Part shown: one piece after another, positions 19,903-29,934 of the stretch
How the letters are laid out: each line of letters starts with the position of its first letter
How positions within the stretch are numbered: position 1 is the stretch's first letter
NCBI GenBank assembly: GCA_964522435.1
Contig: CAZFUL010000001.1
Span: 188,278-252,277, forward strand
From: an uncultured Gammaproteobacteria bacterium
GTDB lineage: Bacteria; Patescibacteriota; Patescibacteriia; Magasanikbacterales; UBA922
Direction: 5' to 3'
DNA: 64,000 nucleotides
The notes under the pieces: generated by a model
The model's input: the letters and a program-made list of their open reading frames with translations, nothing else
Told to the model about the DNA's origin: nothing
Databases searched by the model: none
Translations under genes and position numbers: made by a program

Positions 19903-21510
19903 ATGTATCAATCATTATTAAAACGAGGAATTGTTGCGTTTGTCCTATTTTTTAGTATTTTATGTATTCCAACTGCACAAGCGGTTGATATTCCTACCTC
20001 TGTATCCTTATCTACGAATAAATTAACACCAGGTTTTGGGTTGCAATTTACTGTGCATGCACAACCGAATATCCGTCAAAATGTAAATCGTAGTGCCGCA
20101 ATGGCTATTCCAACAGATTGGCTTGTGGAAATTGCTAAAAATGACCAATATCCGGCAGGTGTTTGGGGAGTACATCGAGTGTTATTTCCCCTCACCGATA
20201 TGAGCGTTGATAATAATTTGATATATACCATGACTGTTCCAAATGAGGTTGGTTGGTATAAAATGACGATTAAAAATGGGATAGGGGATGAATATGCGTC
20301 AGAAGTGTTTGAAGTATCTCGGGAGCCGTTTGTCACGGTTACACCGCCTCGTTCTTTTGAACAAGGAGAAACCATTCCCTTACGCATATATAGCGCAGCA
20401 GGTGAACCATGGAATATCAACACCTGGGGAAATCAAGCCGGACAATATAATATTGATGTGTATTATTTTGGCAATGGCGGTCCCATTACCCATGCGAAAG
20501 CAGATGGTTCTGTGCAACGACGCGTTGAGCGAGTAGGCGAAGGGGTGTATCATATTCCCGCATCCGCCGTTATTGCTGAATATTATGTGGGGTTAAATAC
20601 GGGTGGATTTACTGATTTGCACAGTACCTCTTTTGATGTTGTTGCGTCATCTGCTCCAGCACCGGTGATTCCTGTGCCAACCATTACCCCTGAACCAGTG
20701 CTGCCACCAGTGCTTGAACCCTATGAATCAGAGGATGAAACCGAAAATAATCCTGTTGACGATACGCCAGCGCCAGCGCAGGTTGTTCCAGAACAAACAA
20801 CAACGCAGAGTCCCACACCAACAGCAACCCAAACAAAAACATTTACTTGTCCATTGGATATTGGGAAAGCCTATAAATCATCACGAAGTAATGCCGTCTA
20901 TTTTGTGGTAGAACCACGGATGAGAAATGGCGCAATAGATACATCTGCAACCCGTTGTACGCGTAGAGCATTTACTACCTCAGCTGGATTTTTTAGCTAT
21001 TTTACCTCTTGGAATGAGGTGATTGTGGATAATCGTATTGATCAAATTACGACCGATGTGTTGGGTTTTATGCCGAAAGGCCCTAAATATGATCCAAAGT
21101 ATGGCGCATTGGTAAAGACCGTGAGTGATCCAAAAGTGTATCTGCTATTAGGCGGGAAGAAATATTGGATTAACTCAGAACAGGTATTTACGCGCTTGCG
21201 GTATTCATGGAATTGGGTAGAAGATGTGTCTGAAGAGTTGTTAGCAAGTTATGACGTAGGTGGGGAAATTGTTGATACAACACGTCATCCAAATTTTACC
21301 TTAGTAAAATATAGTGGTGATAATAAAGTGTATCGATTAGAACCCGATCCAAATGATAGCACTCGTACGGTAAAACGACATATTGCTGATGAATATACCT
21401 TTACTCGTTTAGGATATCGCTGGGATAGAGTCGTGACCATAGACGCTGAAGAACAATATCCTGATGGGACAATGTTACAAGAGCGTCGTGTAATTCGTCT
21501 TGAACCCTAA
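19903..21510 (+). CDS. Secreted/surface protein with Pro/Thr linker and CPR-type C-terminal repeats
   Basis: Signal peptide ending AQA; repeats such as GALVKTVSDPKVYLL and TLVKYSGDNKVYRL. Confidence 0.7.
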   Translation: MYQSLLKRGIVAFVLFFSILCIPTAQAVDIPTSVSLSTNKLTPGFGLQFTVHAQPNIRQNVNRSAAMAIPTDWLVEIAKNDQYPAGVWGVHRVLFPLTDMSVDNNLIYTMTVPNEVGWYKMTIKNGIGDEYASEVFEVSREPFVTVTPPRSFEQGETIPLRIYSAAGEPWNINTWGNQAGQYNIDVYYFGNGGPITHAKADGSVQRRVERVGEGVYHIPASAVIAEYYVGLNTGGFTDLHSTSFDVVASSAPAPVIPVPTITPEPVLPPVLEPYESEDETENNPVDDTPAPAQVVPEQTTTQSPTPTATQTKTFTCPLDIGKAYKSSRSNAVYFVVEPRMRNGAIDTSATRCTRRAFTTSAGFFSYFTSWNEVIVDNRIDQITTDVLGFMPKGPKYDPKYGALVKTVSDPKVYLLLGGKKYWINSEQVFTRLRYSWNWVEDVSEELLASYDVGGEIVDTTRHPNFTLVKYSGDNKVYRLEPDPNDSTRTVKRHIADEYTFTRLGYRWDRVVTIDAEEQYPDGTMLQERRVIRLEP

Positions 21511-21590
21511 TCGCTTTGAAAAGAAAAACCCTGACGTCCTGTACGCAGGGTTTTTTATTTCTTAGTGCTCTATGATATACTAATAGCCAT

Positions 21591-22967
21591 ATGCCGAACA
21601 AAAAATTAGACCTATCACAAAAAAAAGCCTATGTCTTGACCGTTGATATGGGCTATGGACATCAACGTGCTGCCTATCCGTTAAAAGATATTGCGAGCCC
21701 TCCTCCAGAAAGCATTCCCCTTGATGAAAATAATCCAATTATCAGTGCTAATATTTATCCTGGGATTACGAAAATAGATAAAGTGCGTTGGGAAGGAGGA
21801 CGAAATATTTATGAGACTATTTCTCGCATGAAAAAGTTGCCCCTTATCGGACAACCCATATTTAATTTCATGGATTATTTACAACGGATTGAACCGTTTT
21901 ATCCCAAACGAGATTTGTCTAAACCAAGTGCCCAAGTAAAACAAATTTATCGCATGATTGGTCGTGGTTGGGGAAAAGATTTAATTCAAAAATTAAATCA
22001 AGAGCCGTTGCCATTGATCACGACATTTTTTTCTACGGCATTTTTTGCTGAAGAGCATGGCTATAAAGGACCTATCTATTGTTTGTGTACGGATACTGAT
22101 ATTAGTAGAGCCTGGGCGCCGCTTGTTCCTAAAAAAAGTCGTATTCAGTACCTAGCCCCAAATAAACGGGTAAAAGAACGCTTGCAATTATATGGCATTC
22201 CGGAAAAACATATTTTTGTTACGGGCTTTCCTCTTCCCAAAGAAAATATTGGCGCGAATCTTTCTGTGTTAAAAAAAGATCTCGGCGAACGCATTGTGCA
22301 ACTTGATCCGTTGGGAAAATATCAAAAAAAATATCGACATACCATTGATCATGTATTAGGCAAAACAGCAGGTCGCGCAAAAAAAACACGACCACTCACC
22401 ATTACCTTTGCGGTTGGGGGAGCAGGCGCACAACGAGATATTGGTATTCAAATTCTTGATAGTTTACATGCGCATATCGATGCGGGAGCGGTTACCTTGT
22501 ATTTAGTTGCGGGCTCTCGTCAGGATGTGTTTGATTTTTATCAAAAAGAAGTGCATCGTTTGCATCTTGATCAAAAGCACCGTGGGCATGTGCATATTAT
22601 TTTTGATCAAAATAAAGATGTGTATTTTCAAAAATTTAATCAGGCGCTCCGACAAACCGATATCCTATGGACAAAACCGAGTGAGTTATCGTTTTATGCT
22701 GGATTGGGGCTCCCGATTATTATGTCACCCACCATTGGTTCTCAAGAAGACTATAACAAAGCCTGGCTCCATGCCATTGGTGCAGGGTTTGAACAAGAAG
22801 ATGCTCGCTATACGCATGAATGGTTGTTTGATTGGCTTTCGTCTGGTTGGTTGGCAGAAGCGGCAATGAATGGATTTTTAGGTGCGCCGCATAATGGGGC
22901 AGCGCATATAGAAGAAGTCGTGTTGCAAGGAAAACGCAGTGAGATTGAAGATATTCATTTATTGTAA
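21591..22967 (+). CDS. GT-B glycosyltransferase-like protein (MGDG-synthase-like)
   Basis: VDMGYGHQRAA, TDTD, VTGFPL, DILWTKPSELSFY. Confidence 0.65.
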   Translation: MPNKKLDLSQKKAYVLTVDMGYGHQRAAYPLKDIASPPPESIPLDENNPIISANIYPGITKIDKVRWEGGRNIYETISRMKKLPLIGQPIFNFMDYLQRIEPFYPKRDLSKPSAQVKQIYRMIGRGWGKDLIQKLNQEPLPLITTFFSTAFFAEEHGYKGPIYCLCTDTDISRAWAPLVPKKSRIQYLAPNKRVKERLQLYGIPEKHIFVTGFPLPKENIGANLSVLKKDLGERIVQLDPLGKYQKKYRHTIDHVLGKTAGRAKKTRPLTITFAVGGAGAQRDIGIQILDSLHAHIDAGAVTLYLVAGSRQDVFDFYQKEVHRLHLDQKHRGHVHIIFDQNKDVYFQKFNQALRQTDILWTKPSELSFYAGLGLPIIMSPTIGSQEDYNKAWLHAIGAGFEQEDARYTHEWLFDWLSSGWLAEAAMNGFLGAPHNGAAHIEEVVLQGKRSEIEDIHLL

Positions 22968-22970
22968 GCT

Positions 22971-23897
22971 ATGTCATTGTTGATTGCGATTATTGGATAT
23001 TTTTTATTAGCGATTGTTGTATTACTTGATAAAAAAATTCTTACGACGGCTGTGGCACAGCCGATTGTATACACGTTTTATTCGACTGTTTTTTTATTAG
23101 GATTATTTTTACTCTTGCCCTTTCATTCTGTACAGATGACGCCCCAAACCGTTATCTATGCGGGGCTTTCTGGTATTAGTTTTGGTTTTGCCTTGTGGAC
23201 CATGTTTGTCGCGATAAAACATGGGGAAGCCAGTCACAGCGGGCCATTTATTGGTGCATTTATTACCTTAGCAAGTTTTATCCTTGGTGCGCTCTTACTT
23301 AATGAACATTTATCATCGGCGCAACAGGTGGGGATAGTTTTTTTGATTATCGCATCACTATTATTATCATTTGAAAAAACAAAAAGAAAACAGAGTTGGT
23401 GGCATACTGGTTATCTTTGGGGAATTATTTCTGGAATACTGTTTGGTCTTTCCCACGTAACGGCAAAAGTGGTGTACGATATGGTTGCTTTTTTGCCTGC
23501 TTTAGTGTGGACAAAAGGAATAACCGGCATGTTCGCCCTGTTTCTTTTGTTGTCACCAACAGTTCGTCGTGCACTTGCCCCACATACGCCAGTGCGCACA
23601 AGACATGAACAAAAAAAAGTAAAAGAGAAAAAAATGAAACATACGCTTTTGGTTGTGGTTAATAAATTGTTTAGTGTTCTTGCCAATGGGTTAATTCAAT
23701 ATGCAATTGCCATTGGTTCTGTTACCTTAGTAACAGCTATTGGGGGAATACAATATGTCTTTTTGTTTTTATTAATTGTGTTATTCTCTAAGTATTATCG
23801 TTCATTTTTTCAAGAATATATGACAAAAAGAGAAATATCTGTTCAAATTGTTGCGTTAGGGTTTGTTATGATTGGTGCAGCCTTATTTGCTTTTTAA
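22971..23897 (+). CDS. EamA/DMT family transporter
   Basis: About 10 hydrophobic helices arranged in two repeats. Confidence 0.75.
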   Translation: MSLLIAIIGYFLLAIVVLLDKKILTTAVAQPIVYTFYSTVFLLGLFLLLPFHSVQMTPQTVIYAGLSGISFGFALWTMFVAIKHGEASHSGPFIGAFITLASFILGALLLNEHLSSAQQVGIVFLIIASLLLSFEKTKRKQSWWHTGYLWGIISGILFGLSHVTAKVVYDMVAFLPALVWTKGITGMFALFLLLSPTVRRALAPHTPVRTRHEQKKVKEKKMKHTLLVVVNKLFSVLANGLIQYAIAIGSVTLVTAIGGIQYVFLFLLIVLFSKYYRSFFQEYMTKREISVQIVALGFVMIGAALFAF

Positions 23898-23901
23898 TTG
23901 T

Positions 23902-24894
23902 ATGAGAATACTTATATATATCATACTTATTGCCGCCATTCTTTATGGATTGTTATGGCTCTGGAGTGTTCCGCGTTTTCCAGTTCAATATGGTATTAGT
24001 TTTAATCATCATCATGCGAGTAGTTTAGGATTGGATTGGAAAGAAACCTATCGTGCCTTGCTCAGCGACTTACAACCACCCTATGTTCGGGTTGCGGCAA
24101 TGTGGAAAGATGTAGAACCACAAGAAGGGGTCTATGATTTTTCTTTGGTAGATTTTTTACTGGATGAAGCAAAAAAATCTGGCACAAAAGTAACCCTTGT
24201 CGTGGGACAAAAAGCGCCTCGTTGGCCAGAATGTCATGTGCCAGATTGGTACAAACAAAAAACAAGCAGCGAAGAACAACAACGGGCTGTGCTTACGTAT
24301 ATTGAAACTGTCGTGAATCGATATAAAGATCATGAGGCACTCGAGTGGTGGCAGGTAGAAAATGAACCATTTATTCGCTTTGAGTTTGGAGAATGTGACT
24401 CCTTTCATAAAGAATTAGTGGATCAAGAAGTTGCCTTAGTTCGATCGCTCGACCAAAAACACCCTGTTATGATTACTGATAGTGGCGAATTAGGGTTCTG
24501 GTATCGAGCCTCTCGATCGGGTGATGTGTTTGGTACCACCTTATATCGTGTTGTGCAAATACCGTCTGGAAAAATCATAAGCTATGATTGGGTTCCTGCA
24601 GGATTTTATAAACTGAAAGCCTTGGTGTTGGGGATAAAGAGAGAGCAATTTGTTGTCGCAGAATTACAAGCCGAACCGTGGTTTACGACTGGTGATCCGA
24701 CAACCGTTTCTCTTGAAGAACAAGAAAAAACCATGAATCCAGAACGATTACAAAAACATCTTGAGTATGTTGAACATATTGGTACCGGCCGTGCGTATTT
24801 GTGGGGAGTAGAGTGGTGGTATTTTATGAAAGAAAAACGCGGGGATGAGAGATATTGGAAATTGATACAAGAGGTGATTCAAAAAAATACATAA
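23902..24894 (+). CDS. Membrane-anchored clan GH-A glycoside hydrolase-like protein
   Basis: WKDVEPQEGVYDFS, WQVENEP (acid/base), ELQAEPW (nucleophile); N-terminal TM helix. Confidence 0.75.
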   Translation: MRILIYIILIAAILYGLLWLWSVPRFPVQYGISFNHHHASSLGLDWKETYRALLSDLQPPYVRVAAMWKDVEPQEGVYDFSLVDFLLDEAKKSGTKVTLVVGQKAPRWPECHVPDWYKQKTSSEEQQRAVLTYIETVVNRYKDHEALEWWQVENEPFIRFEFGECDSFHKELVDQEVALVRSLDQKHPVMITDSGELGFWYRASRSGDVFGTTLYRVVQIPSGKIISYDWVPAGFYKLKALVLGIKREQFVVAELQAEPWFTTGDPTTVSLEEQEKTMNPERLQKHLEYVEHIGTGRAYLWGVEWWYFMKEKRGDERYWKLIQEVIQKNT

Positions 24895-24896
24895 AA

Positions 24897-24932
24897 GAAA
24901 AAAGCAGTCCTTACATAAGCACTGCTTTTTTC
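24897..24932. terminator. Bidirectional terminator
   Basis: gaaaaaagcagt...actgcttttttc. Confidence 0.8.
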
Positions 24933-24944
24933 TTGGGCGGATGC

Positions 24945-24992
24945 TCACCAGGTATCCGCCGCCGTGTTTTCCTTACCGTTGTATTGCTTCAT
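24945..24992 (-). CDS. 15-aa micro-ORF MKQYNGKENTAADTW (cassette K)
   Basis: AGGAGG SD inside a 9-bp hairpin; GC hairpin spanning the stop codon; alternative GTG start gives a 7-aa frame. Confidence 0.35.
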   Translation of the reverse strand: MKQYNGKENTAADTW

Positions 24993-25059
24993 TCACTATC
25001 AGCCTCCTATGGTGGAAAAGGAGGCTGGATAATATCTATCCACATATCAATAATTTCTA

Positions 25060-25088
25060 TTGACAAATTACTTTTTGTTGGATATAAT
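25060..25088 (+). promoter_or_regulatory. Consensus sigma70 promoter of tRNA-Val
   Basis: TTGACA-17 nt-TATAAT. Confidence 0.9.
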
Positions 25089-25106
25089 TTTTTCACTTTC
25101 TTATAG

Positions 25107-25180
25107 GCACGCCTAGCTCAGTTGGTTAGAGCATCTCGTTTACACCGAGAGGGTCAGGGGTTCGAATCCCTTGGCGTGTA
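25107..25180 (+). tRNA. tRNA-Val(TAC), CCA not encoded
   Basis: Acceptor stem GCACGCC/GGCGTGT, anticodon arm TCTCG-TTTACAC-CGAGA, T loop GTTCGAATC. Confidence 0.97.
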
Positions 25181-25327
25181 CGACGAAAAAACCCAGGCAA
25201 TGGTCTGGGTCTCGTTATACGACAAATGACATGTTCGCTACCGGTCATTTGTCGTTAAAACAGAACTGTAATGGTTCTGTTTTTTAGTATAAATTATTTT
25301 TTTATATGTGGTATACTATTTCCTACT

Positions 25328-26521
25328 ATGAAACACCCTACCGTCATCTCACAAGAAGAACCACTCAAACAACATCGTGGTGTTTTTTTTAAACAACTTT
25401 CGTTGTGGCAAGGGGTTGCCTTGCTTGTGAGCGCAACTGTTGGCGCAGGAGTGCTTGGCATTCCCTACGCCGTAGCAAAAGTAGGTGTTATCGTTGGTAT
25501 TGCCTATATCGTTGGATTAGGCCTTTTGGTTATAGGACTTCATTTATTGTTGGGAGAAATTGCTATTCGCACAAAATCACCACTGCAATTAGTAGGATTT
25601 GCTCATACCTATATTGGTAAAAAAGCGGGTTGGCTCATGAGTGCTATATTTTACATTTCATTATTTGGTGCACAACTTATTTACCTTATTGGAGAAGGGG
25701 AATCGCTTCAGGCCTTATTTGGCGGGAGTGCGTGGCAATGGAGTTTAGTCTTTTTTTTCATAAGTAGTGTTGTGATTTTTTTGGGCATGAGGACAATCAA
25801 AACGGTTGAGTTGGTGTTAACGATTGGGCTATTATTAGTGGTTACCTTGATTGGGATATTTAGTGTTCCTCACATCCAGTTTCCCCATATCACGACGATC
25901 CATTTAGGACAATTGTTATTTCCTTATGGGGTTATTTTATTTGCATTTCATGCCGCGAGTGCTATCCCCGAGGTACATACATTATTACGTGATCAGCAAA
26001 AAACATTTAAAAAAACAATTATCATTGCGGGAATCCTGAGTATTTGTTTATATAGCATATTTGCCCTAACGGTTGTTGGTGTTACGGGTGAAGAGACAAC
26101 ACAGATTGCTACTATTGGTCTCGGGAATACGCTTGGTCCGCTTATGCGTATTTGCGGAAATATATTTGCTGCACTCGCAATGGGTACCAGCTATTTGCTT
26201 ATTGCCTTGTCGCTTCGCGATTCTCTTCGTTGGGATAAAAATATACCAACCCTGCCTGCCACAGCTATTGTGGTCGGTATTCCGTTGATTATCTTTTTAC
26301 TGGGCCTACGTGAATTTATTGGTGTTATGGATATTGTTGGCGGGGTATTTATTAGTTTAGAAAGCGTGTTAATCGTGTGGATATATATGAACGCGAAAAA
26401 AAGAGGAGATATTACTCCTGAACAAGGATTTATTCGTCATGTTTGGCCACTCCTGATTATTATTCTTGCGGCCTTTAGTTTTGGTGGTTTGTATTCGGTT
26501 ATCAATACCTTTTTTCTGTAA
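25328..26521 (+). CDS. Amino acid permease (aromatic amino acid/HAAAP-like)
   Basis: VGAGVLGIPY motif, about 11 TM helices. Confidence 0.85.
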   Translation: MKHPTVISQEEPLKQHRGVFFKQLSLWQGVALLVSATVGAGVLGIPYAVAKVGVIVGIAYIVGLGLLVIGLHLLLGEIAIRTKSPLQLVGFAHTYIGKKAGWLMSAIFYISLFGAQLIYLIGEGESLQALFGGSAWQWSLVFFFISSVVIFLGMRTIKTVELVLTIGLLLVVTLIGIFSVPHIQFPHITTIHLGQLLFPYGVILFAFHAASAIPEVHTLLRDQQKTFKKTIIIAGILSICLYSIFALTVVGVTGEETTQIATIGLGNTLGPLMRICGNIFAALAMGTSYLLIALSLRDSLRWDKNIPTLPATAIVVGIPLIIFLLGLREFIGVMDIVGGVFISLESVLIVWIYMNAKKRGDITPEQGFIRHVWPLLIIILAAFSFGGLYSVINTFFL

Positions 26522-26607
26522 TAATATTGTTATTGGGACGTCACCTGGGTGATGCCGTTTAGGAGATTGAATAATCACCAAAGTCTTGCTACTATAGACA
26601 ATACTAT

Positions 26608-27411
26608 ATGAGTATTCTTCAAGCAATTATTTTAGGCCTTATTCAAGGAATAACAGAATTTCTCCCGGTATCATCATCAGGGCATCTTATTTTTTTTCCA
26701 CAACTATTTGGTTGGAGTGATCAGGGAATTGCCTTTGATGTCATGGTGCATGTGGGGACGCTTTTTGCTGTGGTCGTGTATTTTAGAAAAAAAATATGGC
26801 AGATAGGGAAATCATTTTTTTCTTCTAAATCAGGACAGACAAAAGAACGATTTTTGGCCTGGGCAATTATCTTGAGTATTATTCCTGCAGGGCTGGTTGG
26901 TTATATGTTGGATACCAATAGCCGCTCTGCCGCTGTGGTCGGTTGGAGTTTAATTATGTGGGGGATTGTGTTAGGCATTGCGGATTGGTATGCAAAAAAC
27001 AAACAAAAACAGGGAAATTCTGGTGTTTCGCTGAATCACGTACATTGGAAACAAGTGGTCATGATGTCAGTTGCGCAAGCGATTGCATTAATTCCAGGAA
27101 CAAGCCGTTCTGGTATTACCATAAGTGCGGGGTTATTTGCTGGAGTATCTAAAACTGCTGCGGCAGAATTTTCATTTTTAATGAGTATCCCCATTATTTT
27201 TTTGGCAGGGGCATTAAAAGCAAAAGAATTGATAACGGTGGGGATAGGGGATACCTCAGTATTGGTATTAGGTATTGGTGCCTTGAGTGCCGCGCTGAGT
27301 GGTTTTGTCGCGATTGCCTTTATGCTGAAATTGTTACAAACACGAGGCTTCTTGCCCTTCGCAATATATCGTGTCATTATAGGCACTATCATTCTTTTGG
27401 TATTAGTTTAG
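26608..27411 (+). CDS. uppP: Undecaprenyl-diphosphate phosphatase
   Basis: QGITEFLPVSSSGH, PGTSRSG, AAEFSFLMSIP. Confidence 0.96.
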   Translation: MSILQAIILGLIQGITEFLPVSSSGHLIFFPQLFGWSDQGIAFDVMVHVGTLFAVVVYFRKKIWQIGKSFFSSKSGQTKERFLAWAIILSIIPAGLVGYMLDTNSRSAAVVGWSLIMWGIVLGIADWYAKNKQKQGNSGVSLNHVHWKQVVMMSVAQAIALIPGTSRSGITISAGLFAGVSKTAAAEFSFLMSIPIIFLAGALKAKELITVGIGDTSVLVLGIGALSAALSGFVAIAFMLKLLQTRGFLPFAIYRVIIGTIILLVLV

Positions 27412-27417
27412 CGGTGT

Positions 27418-28866
27418 ATGCATGATAAACAGATATTTGAACAAGTTGCTCGCGTAACCGCATCTACAGGCATTGCTGCCTATGTTGTGGGGGGCTATGT
27501 ACGAGATCAGTACATGCGCCGACAAGGAAATAAAGATATTGATGTTGTGGTTGCGGGCAGTGGTATTACCTTTGCGCAAGCCTTTGCCGCTTCTTTGGGA
27601 GAAGAGGTTGGTCGTCTTGTTGAATTTGCAGATTTTGATACGGCACGATTTATTTATCTCACAACAGAGGAAGAAGGCCGAACGCCTCTATGTGAAATTG
27701 AATTTGCAGGAGCAAGAACAGAGCTCTATCACGAAGATTCTCGTAAACCAGTGGTGAGTCCTACCACTATTGAACAAGATTTATCTCGAAGAGATTTTAC
27801 AGTAAACGCCATGGCACGGTTGATAGAACAGGATGGGACACTCGGGCCAGTGATTGATCCTTTTGATGGTCAACGAGATATTGAGCATAAAACACTTAAT
27901 ACCCCACTTGATCCAGATCAAACCTTTATTGATGATCCGTTGCGCATGTTACGCGCTGCACGTTTTGCCGCACAGTTACAATTCTCTCTGGATGAACGAG
28001 TTCTGTTATCGATGCATAAAAATAAAGAACGCATTCGTATTGTCTCTCAAGAGCGTATTCAAGAAGAACTCATGAAATTATTTGCGACTGTTCGGCCGTC
28101 GCAAGGACTGTGGTTATTGCATGCGACAAGATTATTAGATGAATGTATCCCCGAGGTTGCGTTACTTGCTGGGGTGGAAGAAGTGAAAGGTTATTCGCAT
28201 AAAGATAATTTATCGCACACCTTTGCGGTTATTGATAATATTGCCGAGCAAACACCCAATCCGTTGTTACGGTTTGCTGGCTTGATGCATGATATTGCAA
28301 AGCCCCAAACAAAACAGTTTTTTGAAGGGCGTGGCTGGACGTTTGATATGCATGAACATTTGGGAAAAAAAATGACAAAAGAAATCATGCGTCGCTTAAA
28401 ATTTAGTCGGAACGATATACAGTATGTAAGTACCTTGGTGCGTTGGCATTTACAGCCAATTGCGTTAATGGATAAAGGGGTCACGGATAGTGCGGTCCGA
28501 CGGTTAATTGTAAATCTCCAAGAATTATTGCCAGATTTGCTTATGCTTTGTCGCGCGGATATTACGACGGGTAATCAATACAAAAAAGAACGCCGTTTAA
28601 AAAATTATGATTATTTGGATCAACGCATTAAAGAAGTGTTAGAGGCGGATAAACTTCGCGCATTTCAGTCGCCGTTGCGTGGGGATGAAATTATGACCTT
28701 GACTGGCTTAAAACCTGGGCCAACGATTGGAAAAATCAAAGCAGCAATAGAAGAGGCTATTTTAGCAGGGGATATTCCTAATGACTATGAGGCGGCAAAA
28801 GGCTATTTTGAAAAAATAAAAGAGGAGTATCTAGCACAGGCGGTTGATTGGGAAAAAAACATATAG
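27418..28866 (+). CDS. CCA tRNA nucleotidyltransferase / poly(A) polymerase family with HD domain
   Basis: VGGYVRD, DIDV, DLSRRDFTVNAM, DDPLRMLRAARF, HDIAKP. Confidence 0.92.
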   Translation: MHDKQIFEQVARVTASTGIAAYVVGGYVRDQYMRRQGNKDIDVVVAGSGITFAQAFAASLGEEVGRLVEFADFDTARFIYLTTEEEGRTPLCEIEFAGARTELYHEDSRKPVVSPTTIEQDLSRRDFTVNAMARLIEQDGTLGPVIDPFDGQRDIEHKTLNTPLDPDQTFIDDPLRMLRAARFAAQLQFSLDERVLLSMHKNKERIRIVSQERIQEELMKLFATVRPSQGLWLLHATRLLDECIPEVALLAGVEEVKGYSHKDNLSHTFAVIDNIAEQTPNPLLRFAGLMHDIAKPQTKQFFEGRGWTFDMHEHLGKKMTKEIMRRLKFSRNDIQYVSTLVRWHLQPIALMDKGVTDSAVRRLIVNLQELLPDLLMLCRADITTGNQYKKERRLKNYDYLDQRIKEVLEADKLRAFQSPLRGDEIMTLTGLKPGPTIGKIKAAIEEAILAGDIPNDYEAAKGYFEKIKEEYLAQAVDWEKNI

Positions 28867-28871
28867 GTTTA

Positions 28872-28965
28872 TGTCATTCCCGTGTAAACGGGAATCCACT
28901 CTTAACAATTATACCGTGGATCCCCGATCATGCCCGCCTGATGGCGAGGCATGTCGAGGATGACA
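28872..28965. repeat. Palindromic REP-like element family C (dRS3-like core)
   Basis: tgtcattcc...ggatgaca ends with internal ATTCCC-N8-GGGAAT and nested hairpins; one copy in the window. Confidence 0.65.
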
Positions 28966-28982
28966 GTAAAAAATATCATATT

Positions 28983-29020
28983 AAAAAAGCCCTGGACTAC
29001 ATCAGTTCAGGGCTTTTTTT
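28983..29020. terminator. Bidirectional terminator
   Basis: aaaaaagccctg...cagggctttttt. Confidence 0.85.
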
Positions 29021-29074
29021 GCGTCCCGATCCAGTGGCTTGCTGGATCGGGGTAAGGAGAGGACGCCTATCTAT

Positions 29075-29662
29075 CTAGAAATAGAAGAGATCCTCTGGTG
29101 GGGGCGGAGGTGCCGTGGGTGGCGTAGGCGAGCAGTCGAAGGGATTCTCTACATCCACCTCGGGCGCCAGGGGGATGCTGTTGATCCACCCGACCAGGGC
29201 GCGGAGGGCGTCTGCGCCCGCTTGGTCATTGTTTGCTTCTGCCGACTTTGCCGCTTTCTCCAAAAAGGCTGCGCTCGGCGGGGCCAGCAGCCAGTGTTTT
29301 ACGAATGGCTCGTTTAACCCTTGTTGCCACTCAAGGAGCACCGGGTGCTCCTCGTTGAGCTTGATGAGCGCAAGGTAGAGGCAGCCGTGGCGGCGTACAT
29401 CCGCCATGTTCTGAATGAGATGCGTGAGCCGGAGCACCTGGGGGATCTCCCCGCTGCCGTGCATCTTCACTTTGGGGAAGTGTTCCCCGTTGATCACGGC
29501 GTGGTGCTGATTGGGCGCCATGCGACGCATGGTCTGCGGCGGAGGTCCTTTCGCCGCCATATCCAACAAGCTGTGGGTCACAATGTCGTGACCCCCAACT
29601 CGCCGGCGGTCGGTCTGGAACTGCGGGCCATTCGTCCCGGTCAGGGTAACTTCTTTACACAT
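29075..29662 (-). CDS. Orphan 195-aa GC-rich protein with Pro-rich C-terminus (cassette E)
   Basis: Own promoter, GGAG SD, 3' hairpin at 29025..29051. Confidence 0.7.
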   Translation of the reverse strand: MCKEVTLTGTNGPQFQTDRRRVGGHDIVTHSLLDMAAKGPPPQTMRRMAPNQHHAVINGEHFPKVKMHGSGEIPQVLRLTHLIQNMADVRRHGCLYLALIKLNEEHPVLLEWQQGLNEPFVKHWLLAPPSAAFLEKAAKSAEANNDQAGADALRALVGWINSIPLAPEVDVENPFDCSPTPPTAPPPPPEDLFYF

Positions 29663-29698
29663 GAAAACACTCCGTAGTTGCGGGTTGCCGTAGCTATA

Positions 29699-29727
29699 CG
29701 CATATCACAAAAAACATTTAGCGTCAA
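29699..29727 (-). promoter_or_regulatory. Sigma70 promoter, cassette E
   Basis: TTGACG-17 nt-TATGCG. Confidence 0.6.
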
Positions 29728-29851
29728 CTAGCAGAGTGAACTTTTGGCTAAATAAAAAAAGCACCTTTTGAGGTGTTTTATTTTAGGGCCTGCCTACGCC
29801 AACCGCGTGTCACCATAGCTTTAGCGCTGGCACAGGCTTCGGCGGGCGAAG

Positions 29852-29934
29852 TACCGGAGAGAGGACTTGAACCTCCACATCCTTGCGGATACATGCACCT
29901 GAAGCATGCGTGTCTACCATTCCACCACTCCGGC
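29852..29934 (-). tRNA. tRNA-Leu(CAG), CCA not encoded
   Basis: Acceptor stem GCCGGAG/CTCCGGT, anticodon arm CATGC-TTCAGGT-GCATG, long variable arm, T loop GTTCAAGTC. Confidence 0.97.
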
